From NCBI RefSeq assembly GCF_009914755.1, contig NC_060933.1: DNA of 64,000 nt; one strand, 5' to 3'. Position 1 is the first letter of the stretch. Each line of letters begins with the position of its first letter. The stretch comes from the human T2T-CHM13v2.0 reference genome, Homo sapiens. Shown here one piece after another: positions 55,623 through 64,000 of the stretch. Under the pieces are notes generated by a model. The model was not told where the DNA came from. It did no database searches and was given only the letters and a program-made list of their open reading frames with translations. Both the position numbers and the translations under genes were made by a program.

Positions 55623-56459
55623 TAAATTTTTAAAAATAAATTATAATAAGCCATCTATGCATATGGTCTCATTTTTTCCAATTATTTGTTATGTTCTCAT
55701 GATCGTCTGGTATGGACTTCCTCAAATTCTGAGTTTGCCATTTCTTTCTAGAACCCAGAAATCAGGGAAACTCATTTTGTCAATATGCTTTAGACTTCAA
55801 TTCTTTTTTCAGGCTGGAAAGATTATTTCACCCAGGGTACAAATTACGTCTGCATCATCCCTTGAGAATGTCTGTATGGCTTCTGACCACAGTCCCAGGA
55901 GCAACAAGCTTATTATACTTTATAATTAGGAAATCCAATTGTTAGAGAGATCAGTTTGGTTTTTTTTTAGCTTTCTTTTTGAGCCCCCAGATATGTTTGT
56001 GCTTCTGATTTCCAACAAGATGCTTGAAATGGACTTGCCTCGCTATTGGAAGTTCTGACTCTGACTCTATGTGTATCGCATGCCCCATACCCAACATTCC
56101 TGGCTCTGTTTCATTTGCCTCAGGGGACAAGCATTCCCCAGTCCAACATGGGGAATGTGAAAATCCAGGAATCTGGCATTCACAGGATCCATGTGAGTGC
56201 ACATGCATATGCTTATGTGTGTTAACATGTATTTGCACAAACATTCAAATGTCTAAGGTCAAAAACAAGGATTTGTTAATGTTCATTAGCAAATGGAAAA
56301 TTAAGTCCCCTGGGAATTCACACATTCCTAAAATCACATTAAAAGCCTTTCATGGCCAGGCCTCAGGTGTGCCTCTAGTATTCATTTTCTCCACTTCAAC
56401 TTTGCCTCTGTGGGGTCTAAGAAGACTGAATTACTTACCATTCCTCTGAATAAAACCCA

Positions 56460-56775
56460 CTTGTTTTATGCCTCTTAGCAGTTGCACATTGTACCTCCTC
56501 TTCCAAGCATGTTCTTCATTTCCTTTTTTACTGATCATTCTTCAATATTCCACTCAGGCACTGTCCTCTGGGAAGTCTTCCCTGACCATATAATCCTGTG
56601 ATCACTCCTATTAAAGCATTTATCACATTACATGCGAATTTTCTGCTTACATTTTTGTTTTCTTCATGGAAGTGTGAGCTCTGCAAGAGCAGATAAAATG
56701 TCCTATTCTTCCATCACCCAGTTATAACACAGTGCTAGACGTGGAGGAGGCATTCAATAATCGTTTGTTGAATAA
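56460..56775 (+). mobile_element. L2 3' region
   Basis: 'tcctctgggaagtcttccctgacc', 'tgtgagctctgcaagagcag', 'cattcaataatcgtttgttgaata'. Confidence 0.75.
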
Positions 56776-57148
56776 GAGAGTGCAAATTAAGTTTCAGAGT
56801 AGGCTTTGTAAATTCTGCTGATCATAGTTAAAGGTAAAAGGGTTAATTCTCTTTTGGATTATGCTATTCACCATTAACAAAGAGTTTATTTTGTGGTCAG
56901 GAATGATGATGCGTTTATTCTAATTTGGTTACAACAAATTTGCAGTGTTGGCAAAACCTCTGAGTTTCACTAGAAGAAAACGGCATGGTAGGACTGGTTC
57001 AGGCTGTGACTGTAGATACGAGACTTTTCTAAGCATAAAATGACTAAAACTTTGTGTAAAAGAAAAAAAGAATATGGAAGAGAAAACAGGACCTAAAGTT
57101 AAACATAGTAGATTGCACACAGACTTTGTCTGATCTTTCTCCATTCTT

Positions 57149-58410
<1,262 letters not shown>

Positions 58411-59272
58411 CTAAACATATGGAGTAAAAGCGAATTAGAAAAAGGTTGATGGATAATGAGGAATATCAATACAATTATGAAAGGTAGTGACTGATTTAGC
58501 CTGTGAGAGAAAGCTGAGTAATTGGCATTATGAAAACCTGGAGAGAATCATGAATTAGAGGTGACAGGTACCTCTGAAGTCAGAGGTAATGGGTGGAGCT
58601 GGAAACAGAAGGGACGGTTGAAAGCCTGCATAAAGAACAGTGAGAGGCCCAGAAAAACTCCTTCAAAGCAGGCCACTTGGTTCCTGCCACTCCCCTCCCC
58701 CTAAATAAGATAGGATGCTGTGTACCTTAAAAGACTGAATCAGTGGGACTCCATTCTCAGGGACACTAGACAAAACTGAGAAGAAAAAAAAAAAAAAAAG
58801 CAGATGCATAGAAGGCAGATGTATTGATTAGAAGTCCGCCACTACTTGGCTTCCAGAATGCCAAAAGCAAAGTTTATGTCTCTCAGATATTCATCTTTAG
58901 GAAAAGTGACTGATTTAATGGAAAGACCCATGTAAGCAGACATCTACCAGCATATTGGCTGGTCTGGCACAACTCACCCACCAGTGAAACCCACCAGTCG
59001 ACAAGTCACACCCTTATATTCTGTTCTGAGGAAGCTCCTTAGATAAATAGATAGATATGGAGATAAAATTGATGTCCATATAAGAGAAAAATACTGAAAC
59101 AAATACATTTTAGAAAAGAAATTGAGTGAATAGAAATAATGTAGAGAACAAAACATAATATCTGGGAAAATATAATAACTGTTCTTTAGAGGGGAAAATA
59201 TTTAATCTATGAAACAAAAAAAAGATGACATAAAATGTAATAGAGAAAAATACATCTTGAAAACTGAAAATA

Positions 59273-59646
<374 letters not shown>

Positions 59647-60396
59647 CTAGAAACATAAATATAATATGGGAAAAAAAGACAAAATTGAAGACTAATAGAA
59701 AAAAATTATAATCTGACCCAAGAAAATTACAAATAACAGGAAAAAGAGAAAGAAAAGTATTTACCAAATAAATAGTGTAACAAAGGACCCACGGAGTACT
59801 CAGCATGTCATAGCATTATTGTTATAAGATTTCAGAACATGATGAATGAAATGCTCTAAGAGATATAGATTATATAGAAGGGACTCACTAAAAACAACAT
59901 TGGCCTCTACCAGACAGTGGAGCAATATCATAAAAGTTCTGAGAGGATAATTTCAAACCTACGATTCTATAGGCAAGTCATTATTATTAAAAACAATTTT
60001 TTCAGGCATACAGAAACTCAAAAACTTAACTCCTAGTTCCACTTTATCAGGAGGATGGAGAATGTATGACACACAAATGAGAGAGTAATCCGAGAAAGAA
60101 GTAGATGCAAGAATCAGGAAACAGAAGATCCAACAGCAAAGGGGTGAAAGATACAAGGGTTGAGAAGAGACCTGGGTCAGAAATTGCGAGTAGCTGCCGA
60201 ACCAACAGTAGGAACTAGAGAAGGTGGAGATGGCAGGTGGCTCCTGGACAGAGAAATGGAAAAGGAACCTACACATTAACATGGTCTGATGCATGTTAGA
60301 ACATTTAGAAAAACATTTGAGAATGCATTAGTAATAAGACCATAGAAAAGTAAGCCAGTGAAAATAAAATGAGTCAATTGTCCACTTCCAGAAAAG

Positions 60397-60520
60397 TTAT
60401 ATATATGAAATGTGTATGTATATATGATATATATATAAAGCATGTATATATAAAAGTTATATATATGTATACATACACACACATACATACACAATAACAT
60501 ATATACACAAAGCACACACA
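60397..60520. repeat. (TA)/(TG)/(CA) low-complexity tract
   Basis: Seen directly. Confidence 0.88.
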
Positions 60521-62457
60521 TGATTAGAGTATACGGTATATTTCAGCTGTAGAAACAATTGCAGAATAAATTATAACTATAAATTTAATATAAAAGTTAA
60601 TATAACTATATTGGGAGGACGGGAAAATAATTTAAATTGATGGATTGTATAAGAAAACTAATTTTTTTCCTCAGAGTATGAATTCAAGATGGCTAAGCAT
60701 TTTTATAAACAAATGAAACAGTGTACCCATATGTCTTAGAAATATGGAGATAAATACTTAAGAAACCATTTAAAAATGTTGAAATAAGTTAGCTCTGGGG
60801 ATAAATGGAGTAGAAACTCAATGTTTAAAAGCTTGAATTGTTGACTTTTTTGTAGGGTTTCATTTTATTATTTTTAAACTCGTGTTCAAAAGTGTACTTG
60901 GTACGGGCACTAGAGATAACAGAAATAAAGAGGCCAGGTAATACTCAACTCCTTATGGATATTGTATTATTATGGAGATAAATATTTAAAATATACATTA
61001 AAGAGATAGCTTCAGGCAGTGATTAGTTTCCATAAAGAAAATAAAAATAGGAAATGCATAGGATATGCGTGGAAATAGATTAAATCTGCTAGCTTAAAAA
61101 AAAAAAAAAAGTCATGGTTGACCTAAAATTCCAGCTAGATGATGATTATAGGAGACACACTTCAAGCTGTTAAGATAATTTTAAGTTAAAGAAGGAGTAA
61201 AAAAAAGCTATATTGGTCAAAAACTGGCCAATAACCCTGTCATAGCTATATGTATTTCAGAAAAAATATAGAATAGATTTTAAGAAAAAAATATTAGGAA
61301 CGAAGTGACTCATTTTTATAGTGAAAAAGTGAGTTAGTCACCATGAAGAACAGCTCTGAACATGTACACAAATAATAAAAGAACCCCAAAATGAACAAAG
61401 CAAAAAATAGAGAATAAATTGATAAAAATCCCTATCAATTTGGAGGCAACAGAACTATTAACTTTTGAAACCATACATACTTGTTTTAAATATATTAATT
61501 AAAGATACGGAGGGGAAATACTTGGAGAAATACCACATCTAGAAAGGTGAAGGAGTAATCAGAAAGTAAAAACAGGATCATTTACATTCTCATGATAAGA
61601 TGGAGAAGATGGAATTGCCAAAAAAAGGAGGGTGGGGGTTGGAGGAGTGAGAAGCGCCTCAGAGATGTCAAGTTGGGATAAGAACAGAGTAAACATTGTT
61701 TGGCCACTAATGGGCCATCAATAGCTGTTTCAGAAGTTCACCTGGGGCCACTTAGTCTGACTGGGAAAGGTTTTCAGATAAGTCAAGGATGTAACCTCTC
61801 CCGTTTCAGACACTTCTGCCCTCTGATCATTATTTCTCTGATCCACTCCACCATAGTCAGTTTCAGACTTTTCCGATGTTGTAGGTAAGCAACAGGGATC
61901 TGCTATTTTTCTGAGGGAGCAATCCATCTACAAGTGTTTCTCCTGTGCTTTGCATACTGGCTTGATTTGTTCTGAAAAAAGAAACTCATGGTGTTTACTA
62001 TTGTGGGGACATTTAGCAATTTAGTGCAGAAGGCCACATTAGAAGAAATAAAAGAACTATATAGATGGGCACAAAGAGTCAAGTGATAGAATTAGCGATT
62101 TAGATGTGAGCTATTATAAAAGCTCCTGAGAGTCAAAATAGCTGAGAAACACCACAAAAGGAGTCTAGGCCTGAACTGAGATTTGAGGGTATTATGGAGG
62201 GACAAGAGGGAAAAGGTAATGAAGGCAGGGAAGGAATTGCTTTAGGAGATAATGTTGACTGTGTTTCTCCAGAAACATATGCCTATATCCAGAAACACAA
62301 AACCCCTGTCTGGGTGAATGTGAGCCTCATCACTTTATTCTAGTTTCAGCTCTGCCATTCAGCTATTGTGTGATTTTGTACAAATCCAACTTTCTTAGGT
62401 CTAAATGGCAATTAATAAACCTATTGCATCACCTAGGGATGATGGCTGTTTTAGTAT

Positions 62458-63045
62458 TGTTTGAAATGCTTGCTTCCCGGTGCCATAAAGAAATAGCACT
62501 TGAACATAAATTTAATTTACTTGCAAGGCCATTTTTACTTCTTGCAGAAAGGGTACACTCGCCAGCAGTTTTGCCATGAGAGCACACCGAACAAAGGAGA
62601 TAGGGTCATTTATAACTTGACATGTCCACCCTACTGCTGTGTCTGGTTTCCATTGACTGGAACGGGACCTCACATTCTGTATTTGTTCTAACTGGCTAGC
62701 AACTTAGAACTTTTTAAAAGAGGCAAAGGCAGAGGAGAACAAAGGAAGGAGGAAGTAACTTGCGGAATGCTGAGAAAGGTAAAAACACCTTCAAATAAGG
62801 AAGAGGAACAGGCTATGACCTAATACTTTTTTGGACCAGTATAAGCATGCCAGGGCAAATATTTAGGCTACATTGTGGGAGCTAAGGACATAAAGTACAT
62901 TGATTTCTTTATCACGGCTAGCAGATATTTAAGAATGTTAGCACAGTTATTTGAATAAATTTTGCTTGTAAGAGAAGTTAATATTTATTCCTAATTAAAT
63001 GGGGAGGAAAGTCTTTGAAGAGGAACCTCTATTTTACTTTTTACA
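62458..63045 (-). mobile_element. LTR10-type (HERV-I, probably LTR10C) solo LTR with 4-bp TSD GTAT, inserted in a MIR
   Basis: Reverse complement begins 'tgtaaaaagtaaaatagaggttcctcttcaaagactttcctcccc' and ends 'agcatttcaaaca'; GTAT at 62454-62457 and 63046-63049. Confidence 0.85.
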
Positions 63046-63339
63046 GTATTATAAAATGGGGCAAACAAGGGAGCAGTGATGGGGGTTGAGTTGTCGGACT
63101 TGGTGACTGCCTTTTATCTTTAATTCAATCCAAGTCATTCATTCATTCAATACACATATGTTAGGCCGCTCAGGTTTTGGAGTGGAATAAGACATTGTTC
63201 CATGTAAGATAGACATTATGCAACTAATTACTCAGTTGATTATATAAATCCTTAGCATGCACATCAGAGGTTGCATTATCTGCTTTTTACTCACCTCTAC
63301 TGCCCATGTCTTGGAGCCCTTGAGGAGTCATCACCTAGG

Positions 63340-63700
63340 CCTTCTTTCATCTTCATGACGTGCTCTGCTTCTTCCCTGCTCAGAGACTTGGGGCACTTCA
63401 CTTTCTTTCTGTTTCTCTTCACTCCTCCTCCTACTTCAGATCTTAGTTAAAGTGTCCACACCACAAGGAAGCTTTTCTTGAAATCCAGCGTGGAGTCAGG
63501 TTACCCCATAGCATCTTATGACTCTCCATTGGGGCAGTAACCAGAAGTTGTAAATACAAATTAAATAATGTGATTTAATTTCTGTATTTCTCTGCTAGAA
63601 TATATGCCCTAGGAGAGCAGGAATATTTTTATTATTGTAACTCTAGACTTTGTATGATGCCTGCCTATAATAAGCCTTCAACACACATTTTCTAAATGAC
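63340..63700 (+). mobile_element. L2 3' region
   Basis: 'cctcctacttcagatcttagttaaagtgtccac...gctagaatatatgccctaggagagcagg'. Confidence 0.65.
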
Positions 63701-64000
63701 TGGTCAGACATTCGTAAAAGCTATTTTCAGAATTTTGGTCATAAGCGACTATTCATCCCCATGAATCTCTAATTTTCTTTAACAGCCGGTTACAGATCCA
63801 TCTTCTCCAGGTTTATCTAACCATCCCTGATTCTATTTTTATATACTTGCAAGTTCTTTAAGTTATTGCAGAAATGTCAGACCCAGAACCAAATTATATT
63901 ATCTTTGTCCATTATTACCAGGAGTCAAAGACTTTTCTTATTCTACTTTATTTTTTCATTTACTGGTAAAATTGGGAGGCAAGGAGAAAATCTACTCTAA

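Noticed and set aside
60392-60480. Direct plus inverted repeats within the TA/TG/CA tract (also 15897-15950)
   Set aside because: Low-complexity dinucleotide sequence is self-complementary by default.

Overview
AT-rich, CpG-depleted, repeat-dense primate (human-like) non-coding DNA. I can support no cellular protein-coding gene, tRNA, rRNA or CRISPR array; the listed ORFs are chance ORFs or Alu/L1 read-throughs. The window holds 12 Alus, several L1s (including an ancient ~9.3 kb L1MB-type footprint that keeps its target-site duplication and hosts two twin-primed L1s and an MST LTR), a 5'-truncated L1PA, a probable HAL1, MaLR LTRs, an LTR10-type solo LTR, hAT MITEs and many MIR/L2 relics. Repeat subfamily names come from remembered consensus motifs, not a database search, and boundaries without a visible TSD are approximate. 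The most striking feature is a ~350-bp-arm inverted repeat (1958-2307 / 2443-2790, 135-bp spacer, 222 bp of uninterrupted perfect stem). Its right arm is flanked by a 15-bp direct duplication and splits an old MLT1 LTR, so it looks like a locally templated inverted insertion, possibly homogenised later by arm-to-arm conversion. The same layout (inverted local copy bracketed by a direct duplication) recurs in miniature at about four other sites. A candidate minus-strand non-coding exon between inverted Alus and two candidate cis-regulatory patches are also noted.
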